Origin: Octopus vulgaris
Lineage: Eukaryota
Assembly (NCBI GenBank): GCA_951406725.2
Contig: OX597831.1
Span: forward strand, 66,588,001-66,652,000
DNA length: 64,000 nt
Direction: 5' to 3'
The notes under the pieces: model-generated
The model's input: only the letters and a program-made list of their open reading frames with translations
Databases searched by the model: none
Told to the model about the DNA's origin: nothing
Shown here: one piece after another, positions 27,267 to 39,951 of the stretch
How the letters are laid out: each line of letters begins with the position of its first letter
Numbering within the stretch: position 1 is the first letter of the stretch
Made by a program: the position numbers and the translations under genes

Positions 27267-27682
27267 GGATCTTTTCGGTTTGAACGGCAGTTTTTAACAT
27301 AATTTCCAGGTAACTAAAAAATTTTAAACTTCGTATACTGGTAGAATGTGTTTATAAAACATCTTTTTCTCTTGGCTTTATTGAGAAAATTTTATTGTTT
27401 GTAAGATATTTGTTGTTTTTTTTCTTCAATTTCTTCAATTTCAACTGTCCATTGAGGTAAATAACATTCTGTGCCGTATGAATATGTCCCTCATTTAAGA
27501 AACAGATTGGGTTTATTTACATTTGTGAAGAAAAAAGATACCCTTCCCCCACACCCTAACCCTAACTAACCCTAACCCTAAAACAGATTGAAATGCAATA
27601 GATCGATACTAGGGTCATAATTATGGGTGACAATTTCATATGACGCCGCTAGTAAAAACTGCTGTTCAAACCGAAAAGATCC
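27267..27682. mobile_element. MITE with a 24-bp TIR and 8-bp TSD
   Basis: GATGATTG|GGATCTTTTCGGTTTGAACGGCAG...CTGCTGTTCAAACCGAAAAGATCC|GATGATTG; fragments also at ~24990-25228 and ~25590-25732. Confidence 0.85.
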
Positions 27683-28033
27683 GATGATTGTAAATGAGCA
27701 TCATTTACAAGTGATGCTGCTTGTTTCTAGTCATGGATTGAAAACATGTCCGGCTATGGGAAAATATTGCCTTGCTTGGAAACAGGTGAGGGTTGATGAC
27801 AGGAAAGCATCGAGCTGTAGAAAGCCTGCCTCAAATTCTGTATGATTCATGCAAGCATAGAAACATGGGCTAAATGATGATAAGGATGATGAGTAGGGAC
27901 GTAGTTTCTGGGGATTGGATAAAGCCTTCAGTAAGGTTTTTTTAAGAGTTGAGGGCATATTAGAATGCCATTGGGATGATGAATAGAAAATAAAAAGAGA
28001 TGGAGGAATTACATAAAATACACACACTATTTA

Positions 28034-28195
28034 GGCGCAGGAGTGGCTGTGTGGTAAGTAGCTTGCTTACCAGCCACATGGTTCCGGGTTCAGTCCCACT
28101 GCTTGGCACCTTGGGCAAGTGTCTTCTACTATAGCCTCGGGCCGACCAAAGCCTTGTGAGTGGATTTGGTAGACGGAAACTGAAAGAAGCCCGTC

Positions 28196-28231
<36 letters not shown>

Positions 28232-28528
28232 GAATGAATGTTTTTATATATAATGAACGTGAAACACAGGAAGGGACGAACACGGAACACAGACAAATCA
28301 TTCGAAGCCTTCAATCTTCATATATGTACGTGTATGTTTGTGTGTCTGTGTTTGTCCCCCTAGCATTGCTTGACAACTGATACTGGTGTGTTTATGTCCC
28401 CGTCACTTAGCGGTTCGGCAAAAGAGGCCGATAGAATAAGTCCCGGGGTCGAGTTGCTCGACTAAAGGCGGTGCTCCAGCATGGCCGCAGTCAACTGACT
28501 GAAACAAGTAAAAGAGTAAAAGAGAGAG
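28034..28528 (+). mobile_element. tRNA-derived SINE family B
   Basis: Family head and an (aagagta)n tail. Confidence 0.8.
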
Positions 28529-29157
28529 TATTTGCTATTGTTAGCTATGTACAACTTCTGCTGTAGTTGTTTGTTATGTACTAGATGCACACGAGTTGCT
28601 ATTTGATAAAAAAGGTGTTATGCAATTGCACAATTCAGTTGTAAGTGAAAGGCAACAACAACTTTTACTCCAGTTCTCATATTAAAACAAATATTGAATC
28701 CCTGCTCTTTTCTTTCCCTCTTTTGTTGGTTTGGTATCTTGTATTGCATTACCGGTTGTTTAACCCCCGGGTCAGTCCTGACTGAGCAAACATAATCCAC
28801 CCTGCTCCCATTATGTTTGTACTCCTTTTATTCTTTTTTTCATCAAGCTGTAGTATTTATTTTTTTTCAAGATGGGTATGATTTAAGAGAAATTCACCTG
28901 CTACTTTTAGCAGGCATAGCACTTGTGTAGATGCTCTCCTGCAGTTCACGTATTGCTAGTTGGCTCTGACTGTAGGAGTTGCAGTGAAATACCATTCACC
29001 TGTCAAAGAACACTTGTTTTCTTTGATATGATATGAAAGTGAATGGAATTGAGATAAATCACATCTACTTTGCATGCCTTTTATTTTAGTTTTGTAAAGA
29101 AATATGTCTCTCTTATATGGAATAAAAGTAATAAACATTTTTAAAGAATTTCATTTA

Positions 29158-29535
29158 TGAGTGGCTGTGTGGTAAGTAGCTTGCTTACGAACCACATGGT
29201 TCCGGGTTCGGTCCCACTGCGTGGCACCTTGGGCAAGTGTCTTCTACTATAGCCTCGGGCCGACCAAAGCTTTGTGAGTGGATTTGGTAGACGGAAACTG
29301 AAAGAAGCCCGTTGTATATATGTATGTGTGTGTGTCTGTGTTTGTCCCCTCAACATTGCTTGACAACCGATGCTGGTGTGTTTACGTCCCCGTCACTTAG
29401 CAGTTCGGTAAAAGAGACCGACAGAATAAGTACTAGGCTTACACAGAATAAGTCCTGGGGTCGATTTGCTCGACTAAAGGCGGTGCTTCAGCATGGCCAC
29501 AATCAAATGACTGAAACAAATAAAAGAGTAAAGAG
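29158..29535 (+). mobile_element. tRNA-derived SINE family B
   Basis: Family head and tail. Confidence 0.8.
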
Positions 29536-29851
29536 TATATGTCTGGTCCATCTGAGTATTCGCTCTTTATCTACTGTAATTACAATAACCCTTACTTTTC
29601 TGAACCTGCTAAAAGTGCTGACAGTTTGCAAGTTATTAGAATAAGTCACATACTAAACAATATGGATTTTATTCCTACATTCCAGAGCTAAATTTACTCT
29701 GAAACTTTCTCAACTTAAAATTGATAATCAGGGCCTTGTTGATGAAATCATAAAAGAAAACATTTTTTTTGTCGGAATTTAAAAGGAGAAAAGTCAACTG
29801 AATTTCTATCAGTTTTTGTAATATTCATCTTATCCATCTCAACCCCCACAG

Positions 29852-30006
29852 GTGTATGAAGTATTTGACCAGAGTGGAAATAGAATGGCAGTTAAGTGCA
29901 TTACTTTTGGTGACGCTCACGCAGTTACCATAGGGAGCTACAAAAAGGAGGTGATCCTTCTGAAGCAGTTGCAGTACAGTGACCGAATCATCAAACTCTA
30001 TGATTA
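29852..30006 (+). CDS. TTK: Mps1/TTK-like kinase domain 2, beta3-Lys and alphaC exon
   Basis: VYEVFDQSGNRMAVKCI..SYKKEVILLKQLQYSDRIIKLYD(Y); cacag|..TA|gtaagt. Confidence 0.93.
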
Positions 30007-30080
30007 GTAAGTGATATATTCTACCGCTGCTGTGTCTTGATTGCGTAGTACATTGATATAAATGATATAACACACAAAGA

Positions 30081-30310
30081 CGGCAAGCTGGCAGAAATGT
30101 TAGCACGCCGGGCGAAATGCTTGGCAGCATTTCGTCTGCAGTTACGTTCTGAGTTCAAATTCCGCCGAGGTCGATTTTGCCTTTCATCCTTTCGGGGTCG
30201 ATAAATTAAGTACCAGTTACGCACTGGGGTCGATGTAATCGACTTAATCCGTTTGTCTGTCCTTGTTTGTCCCCTCTATGTTTAGCCCCTTGTGTGGGTA
30301 ATAAAGAAAC
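30081..30310 (+). mobile_element. tRNA-derived SINE family C
   Basis: gctggcagaaa.gttagc..gagttcaaattccgccgaggtcga..taagtaccag; other copies at 31977-32215 (-), 49790-50015, 50165-50577 (partial dimer) and 63195-63570. Confidence 0.8.
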
Positions 30311-30600
30311 ATATATTGTTGAATGATATATTAAATCTATAGATACTATATTAATTATATAGTTAGTTTATATAATGGGTGTGTGTATATTTGAACCATT
30401 TCATATTTTTGATTCTAGTATTTATGGCTTGTACTAGCATTGTGTATATTAATTAACATTAAGATTTTTAGTATTAATTGCTTAATGGGTATTAGACTTT
30501 ATTTGGATGTTTATTAAATAAATATATTAATTGATAATTGGATTTAATGTATATAGTTTAAAGTGTTGTATTTAGTTTTCATTTAATGTATTTTTTGTAT

Positions 30601-30640
<40 letters not shown>

Positions 30641-30709
30641 AAAGAATATATTTATATTTTAAAAGTATATTTATTAATTAATTAATTATTTTATTATTGT
30701 AGTTATCTT

Positions 30710-30813
30710 TAACCTGATGAGTGGCTATATTTATATTGAAGTGATTTTAATACTACTACTAATATTTTTACTATAATCATTTCTTAAATATAGCCACGAA
30801 ACACGTGTCATTA
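30710..30813 (+). ncRNA. Type I minimal hammerhead with a long stem II (paralog of 14067)
   Basis: taac-CTGATGA-GTGGCTATATTTA..TAAATATAGCCAC-GAAA-CACGTG-TC-atta; palindromic stem III. Confidence 0.65.
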
Positions 30814-31076
30814 TTCTACCAAATATTTACGTTTTATTTATTATTTTGCACTTTACTTTATCATCGTTATATTTTTTATTTTATATTTAATCTTTCTATA
30901 ATATGTAATTTTCTAGATGGTGTAATTTAATTTTTCATTATTGAATTGATAAAAGGTGGTTTTTTCTAATTTATATATATATATATATTATATTTTGTGA
31001 AATTTGATTTAGTATTTCTAAATTGAATTTTTCCCTGTACGTTTGGAATTAGATTCCCTCATGTTATTATTATTAT

Positions 31077-31665
31077 CAATAATAAATCTCTGGACGAGAT
31101 GTAAACAGTAACTGCATGACAATGTGAGGTATACTAGCCATCCCAATATGGCTAACTACTAAGGGTGGGTGTTACTGTAGCTTGTAGCCCATGGAGAACA
31201 TCGTCTCCAGCCGGCTTTAGGCACGCTTTCTGTACCCTTATGATATTTGCAAAGGGAGGTCATCCCTCCCTCGTCAACCTAAGTGATACGCACGGACTGC
31301 AGTTTCTAGGTATTGAACTGTTGTCGGCGTACAACAATCACCGGTTTTCGATGAAGGGAGTCCCAATGCAAATCCTTATAACGTTTTTCCAGTAACTTTT
31401 CGTCACTGATCTCGAAAAACTGTATGCAAGCAATAATAAATCTCTGAACGAGATGTAAACAGTTCAATACCTAGAAACTGCAGTCCGTGCGTATCACTTA
31501 GGTTGACGAGGGAGGGATGACCTCCCTTTGCAAATACCATAAGGGCACAGAAAGTGTGCCTACAGCCAGCTGGAGACGGTGATCTCCTGGGGCTACAAGC
31601 TACAGTAACACCCACCCTTAGTGGTTAGCCATATTGAGATGGCTAGTATACCTCACATTATTATT
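31077..31665. repeat. Fold-back insertion with ~200-bp inverted arms, in (TTA)n
   Basis: 31121-31322 is the reverse complement of 31459-31659; absent from the paralog near 14420. Confidence 0.8.
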
Positions 31666-32356
31666 AGTATTATATATATATATATAAATCCATTATTAGC
31701 AGTGGAAGTAATGTTGGTTCTGAATAGCTTTCAGTATGTTGTACTTAACATTGATATACTATTGAAAGCCACAAAACTGCAATATTAATCTTGAGTAAGC
31801 TTCTGTTATTGAGCTGTAGTGCTAAATAGCACAGAAGTATATCTGAAGCAGATGTAAAGCATTCACCAGCTGTGGTAGAATTGCTAAGTCATGATTTTTG
31901 TGTCTTCACACATCATCAGTAGCAAATATCTATTACCAACTACTTGCTTAAACAAGTTTCATTTCTACTCATATATATTTCTTTACTGCCCACAAGGGGC
32001 TAAACACAGAGGGGACAAACAAGGACAGACAAACGGATTAAGTCGATTACATCGACCCCAGTGCGTAATTGGTACTTATTTAATCGACCCCGAAAGGATG
32101 AAAGGCAAAGTCGACCTCGGCGGAATTTGAACTCAGAACGTAACAGCAGATGAAATACTGCTAAGCATTTTGCCCGGCGCGCTAACGTTTCTACCAGCTC
32201 ACCGCCTTTCACTTCTACTGATATAGTAAAACAGTGATGACAAATCTGGTGTTACAAAAATTTGTTATTGACAGTAGAAACAATATTTGTTCATAGTCTT
32301 ATTCTGTATGTCTTGCTTAATGCGAATATCTTATTGAAAGCCACAAAACTGCAATA

Positions 32357-32760
32357 CCCTTTACTCTTTTACTTGTTTTAGTCATTTGACTGCGGCCATG
32401 CTGGAGCACCGCCTTTAGTCGAGCAAATCGACCCTGGGACTTATTCTTTGTAATCCCAGTATTTATTCTGTCGGTCTCTTTTGCCGAACCGCTAAGTTAC
32501 GGGGACGTAAACACACCAGCATCGGTTGTCAAGCAATGCTAGGGGGACAAACACAGACACTCAAACACACACATACATATATACATATACATATATACGA
32601 CAGGCTTCTTTCAGTTTCCGTCTACCAAATCCACTCACAAGGCATTGGTCGGCCCGGGGCTATAGCAGAAGAAACTTGCCCAAGATGCCACGCAGTAGGA
32701 CTGAACCTGGAACCATGTGGCTGGTTAGCAAGCTACTTACCACACAGCCACTCCTGTGCC
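32357..32760 (-). mobile_element. tRNA-derived SINE family B, cassette-2 specific
   Basis: Absent near 14947 in the paralog. Confidence 0.8.
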
Positions 32761-32990
32761 TATGTTTGTTTTTTTTTTTGTTTTTTTCCAATTAAGTAGT
32801 TGATGCTGGTGTCTTAGTAATTACTATGACACAGAACATATCAGAACTGCCCAGCTTACCAGAAATACTCTGCAAAACTGACAACTCATCACTTGAAGAG
32901 CCATAGTAAATCAACGATTACTGTTTCTGTTTATTCTGTATACGACATTCCTTTGAGCCAGTGTAATGTTGTCACATATCTGTTTTCTAG

Positions 32991-33157
32991 TGAACTTGAC
33001 TATCAGAAGAACTGTTTGAATTTGGTATTGGAATGTGGCAACATTGACCTTGCAAGTTTGTTCCGTAGCCAATACAAGACAGAAAAAATACCACAAGTGA
33101 TGGTCATGTGCTACTGGACCCAGATGCTGGAAGCTGTTCTGGTACTCCATAAAGAAG
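32991..33157 (+). CDS. TTK: Mps1/TTK-like kinase domain 2, hinge exon
   Basis: ELDYQKNCLNLVLECGNIDLASLF; ECGNIDL matches the human TTK hinge. Confidence 0.95.
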
Positions 33158-33397
33158 GTATTGTATCATACAGGTATTTTTCTAGTGGTGTCATAAAGAA
33201 GTTATGTTGTACAGGTGTTTTCCTTAAGATTACAGTTGCAATTTTATGGAATTACAAATGCTTTAAAGCCTGAAAATGTAGAGATATTACAGCATCATAT
33301 GTTATATAGTACTGTTGTTTGCCATAATATAGTTGTGTTCAGTAATGTAATCATGAAAAAGAGTTAGCATAGTAAAATAATATAGTAAAATAACATA

Positions 33398-33858
33398 GGC
33401 GCAGGAGTGGCTGTGTGGTAAGTAGCTTGCTTACCAACCACATGGTTCCGGGTTCAGTCCCACTGCGTGGCACCTTGGGCAAGTGTCTTCTACTATAGCC
33501 TCGGGCCGACCAAGGCTTTGTGAGTGGATTTGGTAGACAGAAGCTGAAAGAAGCCCATCGTATATGTGTATATACATATATATGTTTGTGTGTCTGTGTT
33601 TGTCCCCCTAGCCTGTCGTATATATGTATATGTATATATATATAGGTGTATATGTGTGTGTGTTTGTGTGTGTGTCCCCCAACATTGTTTAACAACCGAT
33701 GCTGGTGTGTTTACGTCCCTGTCACTTAGCAGTTCGGCAAAAGAGACCGATAAAATAAGTACTGGGCTTACAAAGAATAAGTCCCGGGGTCGAGTTGCTT
33801 GATTAAAGGTGGTGCTCCAGCATGGCCGCAGTCAAATGACTGAAACAAGTTAAAGAGA
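33398..33858 (+). mobile_element. tRNA-derived SINE family B
   Basis: Same site as 15882 in cassette 1, so it predates the duplication. Confidence 0.8.
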
Positions 33859-34208
33859 GCATAATACATTACAAAAATTGATCTTGTACCTTATCAAAAG
33901 AAATGTTTTTAATTCTCAGTTGATACCATTTTGCTTCATTTGGTGAAGGAAAACAAATATCACAAAAACAGTTTCTCTGTGATCCATGTCAGAATTCAGT
34001 ATAAGAAATTGTAAGTTCCAAGCAAGCAGAATCTGGCAGTTTCAATTCACATAGTTTCTCTATTATAAGTCTGAATCTTTGCATCTGTGAAAAATACTCA
34101 AATTCTAATTTAATCTGTATAACTCTTAGCTTTTTGGAGCATTTAGTTCTCAAGGGTAGAAGTAATTTGTTAAAAAGGAAACAATATATTAGCAAGTATA
34201 ATAGCGTT

Positions 34209-34621
34209 GGATCTTTTCGGTTTGAACGGCAGTTTTTTCTAGCGGTGTCATATGAAATTGTCACCCATAATTATGACCCTAGCATCGATCTATTGCATTT
34301 CAATCTGTTTTAGGTTTAGGGGTTGGATGAAGGGTATTTTTTTTTCTTCACAAATGTAAATAAACCCAATCTGTTTCTTAAACGAGGGACATATTCATAC
34401 AGCACAGAATGTTTTTTTACCTCAATAGACGTCAGTGATTGATTGAAATTGCAGATACTGAAGAAAAAAACCCAACAAATATCTTACAAACTATAGAATT
34501 TTCTCAATAAAGCCAAGAGAAAAAGATGTTTTATAAACACATTCTACCAGTATACGAAGTTTCAAATTTTTTAGTTACCTAGAAATTATGTTAAAAACTG
34601 CCGTTCAAACCGAAAAGATCC
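34209..34621. mobile_element. MITE of the same family as 27267-27682, opposite orientation
   Basis: GGATCTTTTCGGTTTGAACGGCAG TIRs; TSD ATAGCGTT/ATAGTGTT. Confidence 0.85.
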
Positions 34622-34786
34622 ATAGTGTTTTGTATCAATTGTCTGCTCTATTTAAAAGACATAAAACCGTTTACAAGGTGGTTCCATGTAAGCTGATCTG
34701 ATCACAAACTACTTTTTAGCAGTTCTATAAATTAGTTCAGGCCTCCCCCTTTCTCCTTTTAGCTTTTGAGACTTAAGGTACATTAA

Positions 34787-35007
34787 CCCTTTTGATACTA
34801 ACCCGGCCAAAACCGGCTCTGGCTGTGTAGTATAAATGTCTTGTTTTCATAAGTGTTTCATTAAAATATACCACCAAACCTTAGGCACAATTTATGATCC
34901 TAACATTAGCTTAATGATAACTAAGTTATTTTACTAAATTCTTTGTTATATTTACAATTAATTGAAAGAAACACAGAGCATCTCAAAATGAATACGGTAA
35001 AAAAGGG
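34787..35007. mobile_element. piggyBac-type MITE
   Basis: TTAA|CCCTTTTGATAC...GGTAAAAAAGGG|TTAA; inverted relative at 47202-47421. Confidence 0.75.
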
Positions 35008-36548
35008 TTAATTAATGCTGGTATAAGTTTTAAGTGAAAGTATGAGAGCTAGCATAAAAATAGTGAGAGAAATTATGAAGTTATTTTCCTTAGTAGCAAA
35101 TCAGTCGTCTCTTTGTACATTAGTTATATTGTAAGAGGTGTATGTAAAGTGAGTGCATCATGCAACCTGGCAATATAAGCCACTAAACAAGAACCCCATG
35201 TGAAGGTTGCAGAAGAATGACTTACGTATGATCTGTTGGACGCATAAGAAAGTGGTACACTAAGTGAAATAAAAAAGTGATTGGTTATTAAAGAAACAAG
35301 AAGAAATTTTTGAGATTACATCTTGAGGATCTAGGAATGCCAATATGTATGCAATAACCTAAAGCTAACTTGTATAGAAAAACAGACCTTAAAATGATGA
35401 ATTAATGACCTACCATGGGTACTAAATAAAACATAAACCAACAAAGGAACCTGCTAGAAATAGTAAAATTTTCATTAAATCATACCTCAGTATCCCAGAA
35501 ATTATATATCTATGATTATATTGGATAATGTAGTATTAAATCTTTTGTTCAAATATCCTTTAAAATTCATCTGGCTGTAAATATTCAACCAGTTGTTGAG
35601 CAATTCTTTCTGAATTCATTCCAGTTTTCCAAAAGAATTTTCTTGCGATAATGTGATTTTAGCTCTTGTAGCTGTTAATTTAATACTCTGCTAATTCTAA
35701 ACTAAGTGTAACATGCCCTTTTTTAAGGGAAAGAATGACACAACCTTCAGTTCATTTATTGGTTGTAGACATTTGAAGAAATACAGCATAAAATGTTCCA
35801 GTTTTCCTGAGCTTCAGAAGTAATTTTCCTGAAACCAGAGACATTTCAATTTTAATCTTCGCTTATGTTAGAAAGCTTGCCATTTTAATTTTCAGTTTGT
35901 AATTTGTGATTGTTTCAGCAGGCTTGTTAGTAATTGTTACACATTCATATCTATGTGTATACGTAGGTATACGGGTGTAGAATACATCCCCACTTTTGGC
36001 ACTATTTTGTTAGTAAACAGTACGAACTGTGTCTAAAGTATATATATATTACTACACTGAATGTTGACAGTTCGGGTAACAGGTAAAGTAAATAATCACG
36101 TAAAACAATAACAATGGCTTCATTGAGTTGTCTATCACCCATTGAGAACGAAACTACACATAACAGTAATGATGGAAGGTTTCTCAAGAAAATTCTGGGA
36201 GGTTTCTCAAAAAGATTTCATTTCTGGAAGAGGTCCTTTTATTAGTGTAAGTGATTCTGTTGACTTCCAGATTTTTAATTTTACCTCATTTGTCTTTCTC
36301 CAGTCACTGACTTCATTAAAAGTTTGCCATGCCAAAAAGGACTGTTGGTCATCAGTAGATTACCTTATGTTTTAAATCAATTTATTACAATAGTGTTTCA
36401 CCACCTGACCCTTTGGTACTTTTCATAGAGTCTACTTTGTTCTAGGCATTCAAGCCGGGCCTAATGATAATTTCTTTGCACCATTCATGACAGACTTGAA
36501 CTGGATTGTGAGTCCTTTCTGCTCTGACTGAAATGATTTTCTTTTCAG

Positions 36549-36742
36549 GTATAGTACATTTGGATTTGAAACCTGCAAACTTCCTGATTGTTGGAGGCCA
36601 ATTGAAGCTCATAGATTTTGGTATTGCTGATGTAATACAGACTGGTAAAACTGGCATTAACCAGGAGATACTGATGGGGACACCTGATTACATGAGTCCA
36701 GAAGCAATTGCTGTCTACCTGGATAACTCTAGAAACCACAAA
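36549..36742 (+). CDS. TTK: Mps1/TTK-like kinase domain 2, catalytic and activation-loop exon
   Basis: [12 protein letters not shown] and MSPE motifs; differs from domain 1 only at the end (NHK versus SQK). Confidence 0.95.
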
Positions 36743-37164
36743 GTAAGGTTTTTAAAAATATTTATTCAAATAATTTTACAGGCACTTTTGCTACTTTATT
36801 AAAAGACACAAAAGACATTCATGATATTAAAAGATATCATGAATGCTTTTTAAACAGCAAACTATTTTCTCTCTATAAGAATGATCTAACTTCATAAAAT
36901 GTTTAATTTAGTATAATTTATTTACCTTGGGTTACACCATACTGAGGATTCCAAAGGAGGATGAAATGGCACTATACATGCTACTAGTGACTGGAAATTT
37001 AAATATGTATATTCTGTATGCCTTCTTCACTCTTCGATTTAAATTTCAAACTTCGAAACCCAACTCAGCTTAACTTAATCCAGAAGTCTTCCCTGTGATA
37101 GCTGACCACCTGGGTAAACAACGTATAAGCTTCCCTAGATTGTTTTCAACTGTATATATTTTAA

Positions 37165-38253
37165 CCCTTTCGTTACTATATTTCTGACCAAAATACACCC
37201 CTTATGTGTTTCAATTAATTTCTAACATAATCATAAATTTAGTCTGGTTTCATTAAACAACTATAACTTTTTTTTTTATCAATATATTAATGTGATTTTT
37301 GGAAGATAATTTAATGAAATGTTCTCAACCAATTCTATACTATAATTTTTGTCACAAAGTGACTCTAATTGCAGGTAGATACAGGTAAATTCAACAAAAT
37401 ATAAAATTATTAAAATTTTGTTCAAACATCGCTATAGAAAATGGGTTATTAGCTATACAACAAAATTGGGTATACAACAAAATTTTACGATAGAATTTGT
37501 TATTCTGGGTAACTTTCTGATACCCATAATAATATTTATGGCAAAATAGTCTTAATTTCATTTAAGGTTGTAGGAAACCACTAACTATCCTTTCTTTCGC
37601 TTTGTTTACATTTAGCGTAACGGTTCGTTTCCGCCGTAATGATTTCAAATAGGCTCATTCGAAAAAGTAAAAAGAAATAGTCTAAGGCTTTACTCTCCTG
37701 GGAAAATTTGTGGCTTGGTCCAGTTTCTTCAGAAAAATCACCGAAAGAAACAGTTTTTAAATTTTCACTACATTCAGGTGCCAATTCATTTTCTTTATCG
37801 CTGTCGGAGCTCTCGGATTCACTGTTTTCACTTTCGGAAAATGAAACATCAAATTCATTATCAAATACCACGTGCTTTTTTTTTTTCAGTCATAGAGTTA
37901 GATTTATCAAGGTCTTCAGTAGAAAATCCTTCGAATTCTGATTCGCTGCTTGATATAATGAAATTCATATCCATTTTTTGTCAGAATTACAAATTTTGAA
38001 AACACAATAGGAACAAATTTCGGAAAAAAATCTCCCAAAATTCACGGAATTAAAATTACACTTCGATCGTAGTACAAAACTGTAGATGAACTGTTTACGA
38101 AGTATAATCACTTGTTTTCACAAATGTACTAAAGAGATTTGCTCTGATATTCTCATTTAAATATGAATAGGTAAATACGGGCGGGTTTGAGCGGCTTGGT
38201 CACATTAACCAAAACTTTTTTGGGCGGCTTTGGACGGTTTGGTAACGAAAGGG
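37165..38253 (-). mobile_element. Complete non-autonomous piggyBac (1089 bp), cassette-2 specific
   Basis: TTAA|CCCTTTCGTTAC...GTAACGAAAGGG|TTAA; transposase N-terminal remnant at 37581-37871; empty TTAA at 18593-18596. Confidence 0.92.
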
Positions 38254-38303
38254 TTAAACCTCTGTCTTAATCTAGCTTACATATTATTTTTATCCGATTC
38301 CAG

Positions 38304-38480
38304 ATAGGCTTGAAGAGTGACATTTGGTCTCTTGGTTGTATTCTCTATTTTATGGTCTACGGTAAAACTCCATTCCAAGAGATTAGAAACACAACAGAAA
38401 AACTGATAGCAATAAGAAGTGATAAGTTCAAGATCAAATTTGCTGATGTCAGAAATAAAGAGCTATTGGATACAATGAAG
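38304..38480 (+). CDS. TTK: Mps1/TTK-like kinase domain 2, subdomain IX-X exon
   Basis: Translation identical to 18643-18819. Confidence 0.95.
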
Positions 38481-39869
38481 GTACGTTTCAATTGTTTGTA
38501 TGAAATAGTTCAAATTGGTGGTTGATGTTTGTGTGGAATTAGGTGATCTACCTACACTCAGATGGCTGGTGTTTGTGTGGGTTTTTGATGAAATATTCAC
38601 ACTCTGGAAACAAGAACATGTATAATTACATAGGATTAATCCAATCTGTGATCTATGTATGATTAGATGCAACGGTGTACAACTAGTGGCTGGTATGTGT
38701 GTTATTAGATGGAATAGTCTGCATACTGGTAATTGATGGCTTTGTGTATGAGTAGATGAAATACTCCACATTCTGGTTCGTACTGTTTACTAACAAAATA
38801 GTGCCAAAAGTGGGGATGTATTCTACACCCGTATACAGGTGCCAGACGAGGCTGGCAAAAGGTCACGATCGGATGGTGTCTTGTACGTGCCACCGGCACA
38901 GTGGCCATACGATGCTGGCAACGGCCACAATCGGATGGTGCTTTGTACGTGCCACCAGCACAGTGGCCAGACGAGGCTGGCAATGGCCATGATCGGATGG
39001 TGCTTTTTATGTGCCACCGGCACGGAGGCCAGTCGGGGCTGCGCTGGCAACGGCCACATTTGGATGGTTCACTTATGTGCCACCGGCACTGGTATCACAA
39101 CTACAATTTCCATTGATTTTGATCGATTTTGATTTCGATTTCACTTGCCTTAACAGGTCTTTGCAAGTAGAGTTTATCTAAATGTATATTTAGATAAACT
39201 GATCCACCTCTGATGGAGAGTGCTTGTATATAATATTAGATGGAATCATTCACACCCTAGTAGCTAACAGATGTATGGATTAGCCTACACTTTGGTGGCT
39301 ATTGCGTGAGATCAAATGGAATAGTTCTCATTGAGGTAGGGGTATGTATTAAGATACAATGATCCACATTCTAGTGGATGTATATCAGTAGATGAAATGG
39401 TCATCATTGGTGTCTGCTGCGTGCATGGATGTAAAAAGAACTAATCTACTACTGTTTATCTATCTCTTGAACTCTCTATTTTCAAGCAAGCCTCTTTCCT
39501 TCCTTTTTATTTCCTTCACTTTTTATTTACGTTCACCCTTTTTCATACACATCTCACATATTCACACACATTAACACATACATTAACTCATATTGAAGAA
39601 AAGTTCCAACAAGATTATGTGGATACCAGTATATAAGTTTTGAGATCAAATCCACTCCAAATGTTTAATTGTAATTATATGCAAGGCATCAAGCTGTGGT
39701 CCATGTAGCCATGGAGAGTAGGCATTAGATTACCTCAGAATGTTACATGCAACAAACGAGTGTTATCCCTCTAATTTATGTTTTGTACCCTTGAGATATA
39801 TTTATGATGTTACACACATGCATGCACACATCTACACTTTATATATATCTTACTCTGTTTCTTGTGCAG

Positions 39870-39951
39870 TGCTGTCTGTGCAGAGATCCCAAAGAAAGAC
39901 CGTCTATTGAAGAAATTCTGCAGCATCCATATTTGAGAGAAGTGACTATAG
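39870..39951 (+). CDS. TTK: Mps1/TTK-like kinase domain 2, subdomain XI exon
   Basis: CCLCRDPKERPSIEEILQHPYLREVTI; ends in phase 1. Confidence 0.93.
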
